Assembly: GCA_045863855.1 (NCBI GenBank)
Contig: BTVV01000049.1
Location: forward strand, 1-40,843
Source: Planctomycetota bacterium
GTDB taxonomy: Bacteria; Planctomycetota; SZUA-567; H5-PLA8
Reading direction: 5' to 3'
DNA: 40,843 nt
The stretch's first letter is position 1. Each line of letters starts with the position of its first letter. The notes beneath the pieces were generated by a model, which made no database searches, had not been told where the DNA came from, and saw nothing but the letters and a program-made list of their open reading frames with translations. Positions 8,412 through 16,999 of this stretch are shown in pieces. A program made the position numbers and the translations under genes.

Positions 8412-9320
8412 TCAGCGCGCCAGCACGGTCAGCAGCGCGCGCTGGGCATGCAGCCGGTTTTCGGCCTGATCGAGAATCACCGCGCGCGGCCCGTCGAGGA
8501 CTTCGGAGGTGATCTCTTCGCCGCGATGCGCGGGCAGATCGTGCATGACGATCGCCTTGGGCGCCCGCGCGATCAAGGCGGCGTTGACTTGGTAGCCCTG
8601 GAACGCCTGGAGCCGCTTGGCGGCTTCTTGCTCCTGGCCCATGCTGGTCCAGACGTCGGTGTAGATGACATCGGCGCCCTGCACGGCCTGGGCGGGATCG
8701 CGGACCACGCGGACGTGCCCATTCTGCCCGAATTTCCGCATGAATTCGGCATCGAATTCGTACCCGGCCGGCGCGGCCAGAATCATCCGTCCGCCGGACT
8801 TCGCCAGCCCGCGCGCCAAGCTGCGCGCGACGTTATTCCCGTCGCCCACGAAAGCCACGGTGACGTCCTTCAGCCGGCCAAGCTTTTCGCGAATCGTGAG
8901 CAAATCGGCGAGCGCCTGGCAGGGATGGCTCTCGTCGGAAAGCGCGTTGATGACCGGTTTGGTGCTCGATGCGGCGAAGGTCTCGAGCGCCGCGTGCTTG
9001 TTCACGCGCAGGACCATCAGGTCCACATAGCGCGACGAGACGCGCGCGGTGTCTTCGAGCGACTCGCGCACGCCCAGTTGCCCGGCTTCGGGGCCCATGT
9101 AGATGCAGTGCCCGCCGAGTTGCAAGACACCGACCTCGAACGAAAGGCGCGTGCGCAGGCTGGGCTTTTCGAAAAAAAGCCCCGCGACCTTGCCGTACAG
9201 CGGGCGCGCGCGCAGGTAGCTCTCGGGGTCGGCCTTCTGGCGCACCGCGAGGTCCAGGATCTCCTTCAACTCGTCCGGCGTGAGCTCTTCCAGATTGAGC
9301 AGGTGCTTGATGGCGGCCAT
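8412..9320 (-). CDS. argF: Ornithine carbamoyltransferase
   Basis: FEKPSLRTR, HPCQALAD, GDGNNV, YTDVWTSMG, HDLPAHRGEE, QAENRLH. Start at MAAIKH (9320); the 653-aa track ORF is an upstream over-extension overlapping argD. Confidence 0.93.
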   Translation of the reverse strand: MAAIKHLLNLEELTPDELKEILDLAVRQKADPESYLRARPLYGKVAGLFFEKPSLRTRLSFEVGVLQLGGHCIYMGPEAGQLGVRESLEDTARVSSRYVDLMVLRVNKHAALETFAASSTKPVINALSDESHPCQALADLLTIREKLGRLKDVTVAFVGDGNNVARSLARGLAKSGGRMILAAPAGYEFDAEFMRKFGQNGHVRVVRDPAQAVQGADVIYTDVWTSMGQEQEAAKRLQAFQGYQVNAALIARAPKAIVMHDLPAHRGEEITSEVLDGPRAVILDQAENRLHAQRALLTVLAR

Positions 9321-9331
9321 GATTCGAGCTC

Positions 9332-10543
9332 TTAACCTTGAGTCTGTTCGAGGACCCGGCCCAGGATCGCCAGGCCTTCGTCGAGTTGCGCGGCGGCCAC
9401 GTTCATGGCCGGGAGGAAGCGCAGCACGGTATCGTGCGTGCAGTTGATCAGCAGTCCGTTGTCGCGGCATGCGGCGACCACCGGCACGCCGGGGAAGTTC
9501 AAATCCAGCGCGGCCATCAGTCCGATGCGGCGGATATCTTTGATCTTCTTCGGGAAGCGTTCGCGCAAAGCGTGCAGCCCGCGGCCAAGGCGTTCGCCCA
9601 TGGCCTTCACGTGCGGCAGGAGCCGGTCCTGTTCGATGCTGTCGAGCACGGCGAGAGCCGCGGCACAGGCCAGCGGATTGCCGCCGTACGTCGTGCCGTG
9701 CGTGCCGGGCTTCAGTTCGGCGGCGATCTCCGGCCGCGCCAGCATCGCGCCGATGGGGAATCCGCCGCCCAGCGCTTTGGCCAGCCAAAGGATGTCCGGC
9801 GCCGGAGCTCCGAGCGTCTGGTAGGCGTAAATATCGCCGGTGCGCCCCAGCCCGCACTGCACTTCGTCGTACAGAAGCAGTGCCTTGCGTTTGTCGCACA
9901 GCGCACGCGCGGCCTGGAGGTATTCGCGCGTGCACGGATTGATCCCGCCTTCGCCCTGCACGGGCTCGCACATGAACGCCGCGACGTCGGGCGTGAGCGC
10001 GGCCTCGAGCGCCTTGGCGTCGTTGATCGGCACGTACACGAAGCCCGGCACGAGCGGCTCGAACCCGGCCTGCAACTTCGGCTGCCCGGTGGCGGTCAGC
10101 GCGCCCAGCGTGCGGCCGTGGAAGCCATCTTCCAGCGCCACGATCTTGAAGCGGTTTCCGTTCGCGCGGCCCCACAAGCGCGCGAGCTTGATGGCGGCCT
10201 CGCTGGCTTCGGTGCCCGAATTGCAGAAAAACGCCTTGGGCGTGCCCATGCCGGTGGTGTGCTTCGAAAGCCGTTCGCCCAGCCGTGCCTGCTGTTCCCA
10301 GAGGTAGTTGTTGTGGATGTGGATCAGTCGTCCGGCCTGCTCGCGCAGCGCCGCGACGACGCGCGGCGGGCAATGGCCCAAGCCGCCCACGCCCAGGCCC
10401 GGCAGCAGGTCGAGGTAACGCTTGCCTTCGGCATCCCAGAGGTACGAGCCTTCGCCGCGAACGATGTTCAGCGGCGCGCGCCCGTAGTTGGCGAAGACAT
10501 ACGTTTCGTACAGCTTCTGCGTATCCTGCGACGAAAGAGCCAT
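9332..10543 (-). CDS. argD: Acetylornithine aminotransferase
   Basis: NSGTEA.EAAIK, FHGRT, EPVQGEGG, DEVQCGLGRTG, AKALGGG, HGTTYGGNP; arg operon context. Confidence 0.93.
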   Translation of the reverse strand: MALSSQDTQKLYETYVFANYGRAPLNIVRGEGSYLWDAEGKRYLDLLPGLGVGGLGHCPPRVVAALREQAGRLIHIHNNYLWEQQARLGERLSKHTTGMGTPKAFFCNSGTEASEAAIKLARLWGRANGNRFKIVALEDGFHGRTLGALTATGQPKLQAGFEPLVPGFVYVPINDAKALEAALTPDVAAFMCEPVQGEGGINPCTREYLQAARALCDKRKALLLYDEVQCGLGRTGDIYAYQTLGAPAPDILWLAKALGGGFPIGAMLARPEIAAELKPGTHGTTYGGNPLACAAALAVLDSIEQDRLLPHVKAMGERLGRGLHALRERFPKKIKDIRRIGLMAALDLNFPGVPVVAACRDNGLLINCTHDTVLRFLPAMNVAAAQLDEGLAILGRVLEQTQG

Positions 10544-10579
10544 GCCGCGCCCTCCTTAATCGTACCGCCAGCGGTGTGC

Positions 10580-10601
10580 GTACCGCGGGCGTTTCGCCCG
10601 C
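10580..10601 (+). repeat. REP-like palindrome
   Basis: GTAC-C-GCGGGCG-TTT-CGCCCGC; a degenerate relative GTAG-C-GCGGG...CCCGC lies at 39412-39434. Confidence 0.55.
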
Positions 10602-10614
10602 ATCTGCAAAGCAA

Positions 10615-11253
10615 TTAGGCTACTAGCTCCCATTCACCGTCACTTAACTCCCAGAGCTTCAATGACTTTTTTCCCAATGTCCATGATTCATTGTAGGGGC
10701 TGCTGATAAGCGCAGTAAAAATTCGCCCTTTACAGCATCGAGCAGCGGGCGCCAGTACTTCGAGATATGACGTATCCGTTCTCTTGGCTTTTTGTGAATC
10801 CTTAGAGTTACAAAGTGGACCAATAAATAATAGGTTTTGCGCACTACCAAGGACGAGTTTATTAAAATCATAAAGGGCCTCCCTGGAATTGGGCGCTAGC
10901 TCGGATTCAATCTGCCAAAGGACTTCGCTAATGAAGTGCAACTTGGCTTTGCGGTGAGCCGAGTCAACCTCCCGAGTCCGGCAAACTAGAATGTCGTGTA
11001 GCATCTCGTTTCGACCCATCTCTAGCTTGGACTTTTGCAGTTGCTTTGGGCCTAATTCGAAAACGGATTCACCACTCTTTGAAAAGACTCTCGCCGGACT
11101 ACGGCTGCTAGAGAGGCAATTATAGAAGCCGTTGGCGAGGGTGCGCACCCAAGTCTCAGACCGCCTTCTCTTGTCAGCATTGGTTCTTTTACAGAGTTCC
11201 ATTGCGCTAGATAAGCTATCGTGTAGTAGGCGATTTAATTTTGTAGGCGACAT
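10615..11253 (-). CDS. Hypothetical protein, AT-rich, possible PD-(D/E)xK nuclease-like fold
   Basis: Long open frame with composition unlike its neighbours, between argB and argD on the same strand; E.LHDI...QIESE...DFNKL pattern. Alternative start 11268. Confidence 0.7.
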   Translation of the reverse strand: MSPTKLNRLLHDSLSSAMELCKRTNADKRRRSETWVRTLANGFYNCLSSSRSPARVFSKSGESVFELGPKQLQKSKLEMGRNEMLHDILVCRTREVDSAHRKAKLHFISEVLWQIESELAPNSREALYDFNKLVLGSAQNLLFIGPLCNSKDSQKAKRTDTSYLEVLAPAARCCKGRIFTALISSPYNESWTLGKKSLKLWELSDGEWELVA

Positions 11254-11348
11254 CGCGAATGTCTCCACGGGAAACTCAAGTCTACAATTGCAAGCGAAAC
11301 GCCCGCGTTAACCAATCTAAAATCCGAAAACGGCAATCTAAATTCGAA

Positions 11349-12221
11349 TCACTTCCCGCCCAACACGCTGATCTTCGTGCCCACGCCTTCGGGCGTGAAG
11401 ACTTCCAGCAGCATCGTGTGCATCGTCAGGCCGCTGATGATGTGCGTGCTGTGGCAGCCGCCTTCCAGCGCGGAGATGCAGGCTTCGATCTTCGGCAACA
11501 TCCCGCCGGCAATGACGCCTTGCTTCACCAGATCGCGGCAGCCGTCGATGCTGCACGTGCTGATCAACGTCTTCGGATCGTCCTTGTCTCGCAGGATGCC
11601 GGGCACGTTGGAAAGAAAGATCAACTTCTCGGCCTTGAGCTGCGCCGCGAGATGCCAAGCCACCGAATCGGCGTTGATGTTGAAGAGCTGTCCCGAGCGG
11701 TCGCGGCCGATGGGCGCCACGACGGGGATCACGCCGCCCGAACTGATGCGCCGGGCGAGTTCGACGTCCACTTCGGTCACTTCGCCGACGAAGCCCAGAT
11801 CGTCGCCGTCCACCAGGCGTTTCTCGGCGATCAGGAAATTGCTCCCGCGCCCGTTGAGCGGCACGGCTTTGCCGCCGGCGGCTTCGATCAGTTCGACGAC
11901 GTTGGAGCTGATGCGGTCGATCAGGACCTTGTGCGCGATCTCCAGCACCGCACCGTCGGTGACGCGCCGGCCGCGGATGAAGTGCGGCTTGAGTCCCGCG
12001 CGCTCCATTTCGGCGCTGATCGCCGGGCCGCCGCCGTGCACCAGGATCGGCCAGACGCCGACCTGTTCCATGAAGACGATATCGGTGATCAGCGAGCGCA
12101 GTTCGTCGGGGCTGGTCATGGTGCTGCCGCCCACCTTGACGACCATGAACTTGCGGTCGAAGTTCTTGAGGTAGGGGAGGGCCTCGACCAGGACCTTCGC
12201 TTTTTCGAGGGCGCTAAGCAT
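11349..12221 (-). CDS. argB: Acetylglutamate kinase
   Basis: EALPY, VVKVGG, VHGGGP, GRRVTD, DLGFVGEV, NINAD, GGMLPK, EVFT..GVGT. Confidence 0.96.
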   Translation of the reverse strand: MLSALEKAKVLVEALPYLKNFDRKFMVVKVGGSTMTSPDELRSLITDIVFMEQVGVWPILVHGGGPAISAEMERAGLKPHFIRGRRVTDGAVLEIAHKVLIDRISSNVVELIEAAGGKAVPLNGRGSNFLIAEKRLVDGDDLGFVGEVTEVDVELARRISSGGVIPVVAPIGRDRSGQLFNINADSVAWHLAAQLKAEKLIFLSNVPGILRDKDDPKTLISTCSIDGCRDLVKQGVIAGGMLPKIEACISALEGGCHSTHIISGLTMHTMLLEVFTPEGVGTKISVLGGK

Positions 12222-12254
12222 CGAAACTCCTATCTCCGCGTCTCTGCGGTGAAA

Positions 12255-13541
12255 TTAAGTATGATAGTCCGCGTTGATCGTAATGTATCCGTGGGTGAAA
12301 TCGCAGGTGTAGTAGCGCGCGCGGCCGGGGCCGTCGCCGACGAGGACCGCGATGCCCACGTCGCGGGCGGCCAACGCTTTGGAGACGGCAGCCGCATCGA
12401 ACGCGGTGGGCTTACCGTCCTTGAACAGATCGAAGCCGCAGACGGTCAGCGCGCCGGCTTCGGGATCGAACGGCACGCCCGCGCGGCCGGCCGCGGCCAT
12501 GATGCGGCCCCAGTTGGGATCTTTGCCCGCGATGGCGGTCTTGACCAGCGGCGAGTTGGCGATGGTGGCCGCGATCTGGCGCGCTTCGGCATCGGTGCGC
12601 GTCCCGCCGACATAAACGGTGATGGTGTGTTCGGCGCCTTCGCCGTCGGCCGCGATCTGCCGCGCGAGATCGTCGCAGACGGCGAAGAGGCCCGCCCGGA
12701 ACGCGCGGTAGCTCGCGCCCGAGGCCTTCGCCAGCGGCGCATGGCTCGCTTCGCCGGAGGCCAGGGCCAGCACCGTGTCGTTCGTCGAGGTGTCGCCGTC
12801 CACCGTCAAGCAGTTGAAGGTCTCGTCGATAACGCCGCTTAAAGCCTGCTGCAGCACCGCCGGCGTAATCTTCGCGTCGGTGGCGATGAAGCCCAGCGTC
12901 GTCGCCATGTTGGGCGCGATCATCCCGCTGCCTTTGGTGGCTCCGGCGATCTTGACCGTCGCGAAACCGAGGTCCACTTCCACCGCCGCAGTCTTGGGCA
13001 CGAGGTCGGTGGTCATGATCGCGCGGGCGAAATCGGCGCCGGGTTCGTTTCGGGAGATCTGCTTGGCGAGCGCCGCGAGACCGGTCTCGACCTTTTGCAT
13101 CGGCAGTACATGCCCGATCACGCCGGTGCTGCAGACGAGGACTTCGTGCGGCTTGCAGCGCAGGCCTTTTGCGGCGAGCGCGCCCATGCGCGCGGCGTCG
13201 CGTTCGCCTTGGGTTCCGGTGCAGGCGTTGGCGTTCCCGGCGTTGACGACGACGGCGCGCGCGCGGCCGTGGGATTTGGCCAGCGCAGCCTTGCAGTAGG
13301 TCACCGGCGCGGCGCGGTACAAACTTTTGGTAAAGACGCCGGCTGCGGCCGCGGGGCGGTCGCAGACCAGCAGCGCCAAATCGGGGTTCCCGGGCTTGCG
13401 TTTCAGGCCGCAATGGAGCGCGGCGGTGCGGAAGCCGGGGACGCGTGCCAGCGCTCCCGCCGGCCAGGGGCGCACCGGATCGGCGGCGGGCGTTTTTTGC
13501 TTCGAAGCGGATCGTGGGGAGGCAGCCATGGCGCGGGCCAT
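12255..13541 (-). CDS. argJ: Glutamate N-acetyltransferase / amino-acid acetyltransferase
   Basis: [34 protein letters not shown] (autocleavage site), [30 protein letters not shown]. Start 13541 or 13529. Confidence 0.96.
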   Translation of the reverse strand: MARAMAASPRSASKQKTPAADPVRPWPAGALARVPGFRTAALHCGLKRKPGNPDLALLVCDRPAAAAGVFTKSLYRAAPVTYCKAALAKSHGRARAVVVNAGNANACTGTQGERDAARMGALAAKGLRCKPHEVLVCSTGVIGHVLPMQKVETGLAALAKQISRNEPGADFARAIMTTDLVPKTAAVEVDLGFATVKIAGATKGSGMIAPNMATTLGFIATDAKITPAVLQQALSGVIDETFNCLTVDGDTSTNDTVLALASGEASHAPLAKASGASYRAFRAGLFAVCDDLARQIAADGEGAEHTITVYVGGTRTDAEARQIAATIANSPLVKTAIAGKDPNWGRIMAAAGRAGVPFDPEAGALTVCGFDLFKDGKPTAFDAAAVSKALAARDVGIAVLVGDGPGRARYYTCDFTHGYITINADYHT

Positions 13542-13681
13542 CCTCTAATAGGCATGGCCCCGGGCCGTATCGCCCGGGGTAGGTCCGAAATGGAGACGCC
13601 TCGCTGCAAAATGCCGCGAGGCGTTGGGAACGATAGGTTGAGGGTCCGGAAGCGTTCCGTGGCGGCTGTGCCGCCGGGGGT

Positions 13682-14089
13682 TTAGCGCTTCGAGAACTGG
13701 AAGGCGCGCCGGGCGCCGGCTCGGCCGTACTTCTTGCGCTCGACCATACGCGAGTCGCGCGTGAGGTAGCCTTCCTGGCGCAACGGCTTCTCGAGATTGC
13801 GATCGTACAGCAGCAGCGCGCGGGCGATGCCCATGCGCGCGGCCTCGGCCTGACCCGTGGTGCCGCCGCCGCTGACGGTGACGAAGACATCGAACGCGGT
13901 GGTCAGCTTCGTGTGCGCCAGCGGGCTGGCCAGCGAAGCCTGGTCGGTCGGCTTGTGGAAGAATTCCGCGATCGGGCGTCCGTTGACCTGGATCGCGCCG
14001 TGCCCCGGACGCAGGCGTACCCGCGCCGTCGCGCACTTGCGCCGTCCCGTACCCCAGAAGTACCCGCCCGTCCTGTCTTCGCCGCTCAC
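13682..14089 (-). CDS. rpsI: 30S ribosomal protein S9
   Basis: GTGRRK..TARV, GGGTTGQAEA, LTRDSRMVERKKYG, QFSKR. Confidence 0.98.
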   Translation of the reverse strand: MSGEDRTGGYFWGTGRRKCATARVRLRPGHGAIQVNGRPIAEFFHKPTDQASLASPLAHTKLTTAFDVFVTVSGGGTTGQAEAARMGIARALLLYDRNLEKPLRQEGYLTRDSRMVERKKYGRAGARRAFQFSKR

Positions 14090-14146
14090 GTCGAGTCCAC
14101 TCCTTGCTTGGCCGCGCCGGGGGCGTACCCCCGCGGAAAGCCGTCT

Positions 14147-14629
14147 TTAGCGCTTCTTCTTGGCCACCGGGGTCCACGCTTCGGGCTGCTGAGCCTGATG
14201 CGGGTGCTTGTCGCCCTTGTAGACCTTCAGTTTGGTGAACATCTTCTTGCCCAGAATGCCCTTCGGCAGCATCAAGCGCACCGCATGTTCGATCACGCGC
14301 TCGGGATGCTTACTCAGCACGTCTTCCAGCGTTTGGACCTTCAAACCGCCCAAGTAACCAGACCACTGCTGGTACGTCTTGTTGCCCAGCTTGCGCGGAT
14401 CGAAGTGAATGCGTTCGGCATTGAGGATGACCACGAAATCGCCGGTATCGGTATGCGGAGTGTAGGTCGGTTTGGCCTTGCCCATCAGGCGCATCGCCAC
14501 CGCCGACGCCAGCCGCCCTAGGGGCAAGCCCGTCGCATCGACCACATACCACTTCTGCCGGACTTCGCCCGGCTTCGCTACCCAGGTTTTGTAACTCTTG
14601 GGCAGGACAACAGATTGGACCGCCGCCAT
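14147..14629 (-). CDS. rplM: 50S ribosomal protein L13
   Basis: WYVVDA...LGRLAS, GK.KPTYTPH.DTGDFV, MLPK, LKVY.G..HPH.AQQP; start at MAAVQS (14629). Confidence 0.97.
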   Translation of the reverse strand: MAAVQSVVLPKSYKTWVAKPGEVRQKWYVVDATGLPLGRLASAVAMRLMGKAKPTYTPHTDTGDFVVILNAERIHFDPRKLGNKTYQQWSGYLGGLKVQTLEDVLSKHPERVIEHAVRLMLPKGILGKKMFTKLKVYKGDKHPHQAQQPEAWTPVAKKKR

Positions 14630-14708
14630 GACGGGTACATCCCCCAGAAGCTGTGCGCTGCAACAAAACAAAAAGGCCGCCCAGAGACATCGGGCGGGGA
14701 AAGAGAGA

Positions 14709-14737
14709 TTTGTAATGAACAGGTGCGCTACTGTCAA
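14709..14737 (-). promoter_or_regulatory. Sigma70-type promoter of rplM-rpsI
   Basis: TTGACA (14737-14732), 17-nt spacer, TACAAA (14714-14709). Confidence 0.65.
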
Positions 14738-14863
14738 GCACGTCTTGGGAAAGGATTGCTTGCCCGTTCGCAGCCCCCTCCGGCGCGTGCTTCACAGGTG
14801 CCCACGATAGACCTAACAAACGCTCCAACCGCTGGAATTATAGTCCTTTACCGTAAAGGTTGG

Positions 14864-14892
14864 TTGCCAAGTTCCGGGGCGCTCCTTACATT
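14864..14892 (+). promoter_or_regulatory. Sigma70-type promoter of the epimerase-oxidoreductase pair
   Basis: TTGCCA, 17-nt spacer, TACATT. Confidence 0.55.
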
Positions 14893-14969
14893 CTCGGCGT
14901 CAGCCCCATACGAGCAGGTCTAAGCCTGTCGGTTTCAGCCGGTTTCAGCCGGAGGAGGAGTCACGCGCC

Positions 14970-15884
14970 ATGAAAAAGGGTATCAGCTACTGGTCGTTCG
15001 AGGGTGGCCTGGATGGGAAGACGGATATTTCGAAAGTTTTGCAGCAGGCGAAGCGCGCGCGCTTCGATTCGGTTGAACTCGCCGTGCCCGGCGGTGCGCT
15101 GCAGCTCGATGTGAACGAGCGCACGTGCCGCGAGATCGCGAAGGAAGCCAAGAGCCTCGGCGTCGATATCAGCAGCCTCGCCACCGGCATGTACTGGGGC
15201 TGCCTGCCCACCAGCAGCAACGCGGGAGACCGCAAGCGCGCGGTGGAGATCACCAAGAAGCTGCTTCACATCGCCAAGTGGCTGGGCACCGACGCGATCC
15301 TGTACATCCCCGGCGCGGTGGACGTATTCTTCGATCCGAACAGCGAGCACCTGCCCTACGACGAATGCTGGCGCCGCGCGCAAGCGAGCTTGAAGGCCGC
15401 GCTTCCGACCGCCGAGAAACTGAAGGTGAGCATCTGCGTCGAAAACGTGTGGAATAAGTTTCTGCTCAGCCCGCTCGAATACCGCGCGTTCATCGACAGC
15501 TTCGGCTCCAAATACGTAAAGGCGTACTTCGACGTCGGCAACGTGCGGCTGCTGGGCTTTCCGGAGCATTGGATCGAGCTGCTGGGTAAGCGCCGTTTGG
15601 GCCGCGTGCACTGGAAGGACTTCAAGTTCAAGTTTTACGGGGGCGGCGAGAAAGGCTCGGAAGCGAAGATCTCCGCCGGTTGCCGACAGATCGCCAAGGG
15701 TAGCGCCTGGGCCGGCGCCTACAGCTTCTGCGACCTCGGTGCCGGCGACGTGAACTGGCCCGCCGTGATGAAGGCCTTCAAGAAAGCAGGTTACGACGGC
15801 TACGTGACCGCCGAGATGCTGCCGCCGGAGAAGGGCTTGGTGGCGCGAGTCAGTAAAGATATGGACCGGATACTGGGACGTTAG
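14970..15884 (+). CDS. Sugar phosphate isomerase/epimerase (xylose isomerase-like TIM barrel)
   Basis: FDSVEL, ENVWNKFLLSPLE, YFDVGNV, HWKDF, GDVNW, TAEM; GGAGGAGG RBS. Confidence 0.9.
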   Translation: MKKGISYWSFEGGLDGKTDISKVLQQAKRARFDSVELAVPGGALQLDVNERTCREIAKEAKSLGVDISSLATGMYWGCLPTSSNAGDRKRAVEITKKLLHIAKWLGTDAILYIPGAVDVFFDPNSEHLPYDECWRRAQASLKAALPTAEKLKVSICVENVWNKFLLSPLEYRAFIDSFGSKYVKAYFDVGNVRLLGFPEHWIELLGKRRLGRVHWKDFKFKFYGGGEKGSEAKISAGCRQIAKGSAWAGAYSFCDLGAGDVNWPAVMKAFKKAGYDGYVTAEMLPPEKGLVARVSKDMDRILGR

Positions 15885-15952
15885 TGCGTTTGAAGTCTTG
15901 CTGTTTGTTTGGTTCTTGGCGTTTGCCGTTTGACCATAAAAAGGGAACTTCC

Positions 15953-16999
15953 ATGTCCATTCGCGTCGGTCTCGTCGGCATCGGTTTCATGGGCAAGACG
16001 CACGCCGATATTTACCTGAAGAGTTCGAAGGCCGAACTGGTGGCCTTCTGCGACAGCGACCCGAAGAAGGCCGCGGGCGACTGGTCGGGCGGTGGCGGGA
16101 ACCTCGGCGATGCGGCGGGCAAGAGTTTCGACCCGCGCAAGCTGACCAGCCACAAGACGCCCGAGGCGCTCTTCGCCGACCCCAACGTCGATCTGGTGGA
16201 CATAACGCTCCCGACGTACCTCCACGCCAAGTACGTGATCAAGGCCCTCGAGGCCGGAAAACACGTGCTGTGCGAAAAGCCGCTGAGCACGAATGTAAAG
16301 GAAGCGCGCTCCGTCGCCGCCGCGGCCAAGAAAGCCAAAGGGAGGCTGATGGTCGCGCAGTGCATGCGCTTTTGGCCCGAATGGGAGTGGCTCAAGGAGG
16401 CGGTGAAGAGCAAGAAGTACGGCAAAGTCCACAGCGCCGTCTTCCGCCGCTTTGCCAGCACGCCGACCTGGACCTGGAACAACTGGATCTTGCAGGCGCC
16501 CTTGTCCGGTTCGGCGCTCTTCGACTTGCACATCCACGACACCGATTACGTACGCTACGTCTTTGGCGAGCCGGCGGCGGTGTTCAGCGTCGGAAACGGG
16601 GGCAAGGCGACCAAGGGCGGGGTGGACCACATCGTCACGCAGTACTTGTACAAAAGTAAGAACCTGCTGGTCAGCGCCGAAGGCGGCTGGAACGCCGACC
16701 CGACCTACGGGTTCACGATGCGATACACGGTGGTCTTCGAGAAGGCGACGGCCGACTTCGATATCGGGCGTGAAGGCAAGATGCTGATGCTCCACGCCAA
16801 AGGCGCGAAGGAAGCGCAGGTGGTCGCTTGCCGCGCGAGCACCGGGTGGGCCGACGAGATCGACTACTTCCTGGGCTGTCTGGCCAAGAAGCAGGCGCCC
16901 AAGGTCACAACGCCCGAAGACGCCGCACGCAGCGTGGCGCTGGTGGCTGCCGAACACCAGTCCGTCCGCACGCGAAAGATCGTGCCCTTCAAGCCGTAG
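15953..16999 (+). CDS. Gfo/Idh/MocA family oxidoreductase
   Basis: VGLVGIGFMGKTH, AGKHVLCEKP, DLHIHDTD; start at MSIRVG (15953). Confidence 0.92.
   Translation: MSIRVGLVGIGFMGKTHADIYLKSSKAELVAFCDSDPKKAAGDWSGGGGNLGDAAGKSFDPRKLTSHKTPEALFADPNVDLVDITLPTYLHAKYVIKALEAGKHVLCEKPLSTNVKEARSVAAAAKKAKGRLMVAQCMRFWPEWEWLKEAVKSKKYGKVHSAVFRRFASTPTWTWNNWILQAPLSGSALFDLHIHDTDYVRYVFGEPAAVFSVGNGGKATKGGVDHIVTQYLYKSKNLLVSAEGGWNADPTYGFTMRYTVVFEKATADFDIGREGKMLMLHAKGAKEAQVVACRASTGWADEIDYFLGCLAKKQAPKVTTPEDAARSVALVAAEHQSVRTRKIVPFKP

Noticed and set aside
8412..10373. Apparent 653-aa ArgF fusion
   Set aside because: The N-terminal extension is an alternative frame over argD with low-complexity Arg/Ala content; real start at 9320.
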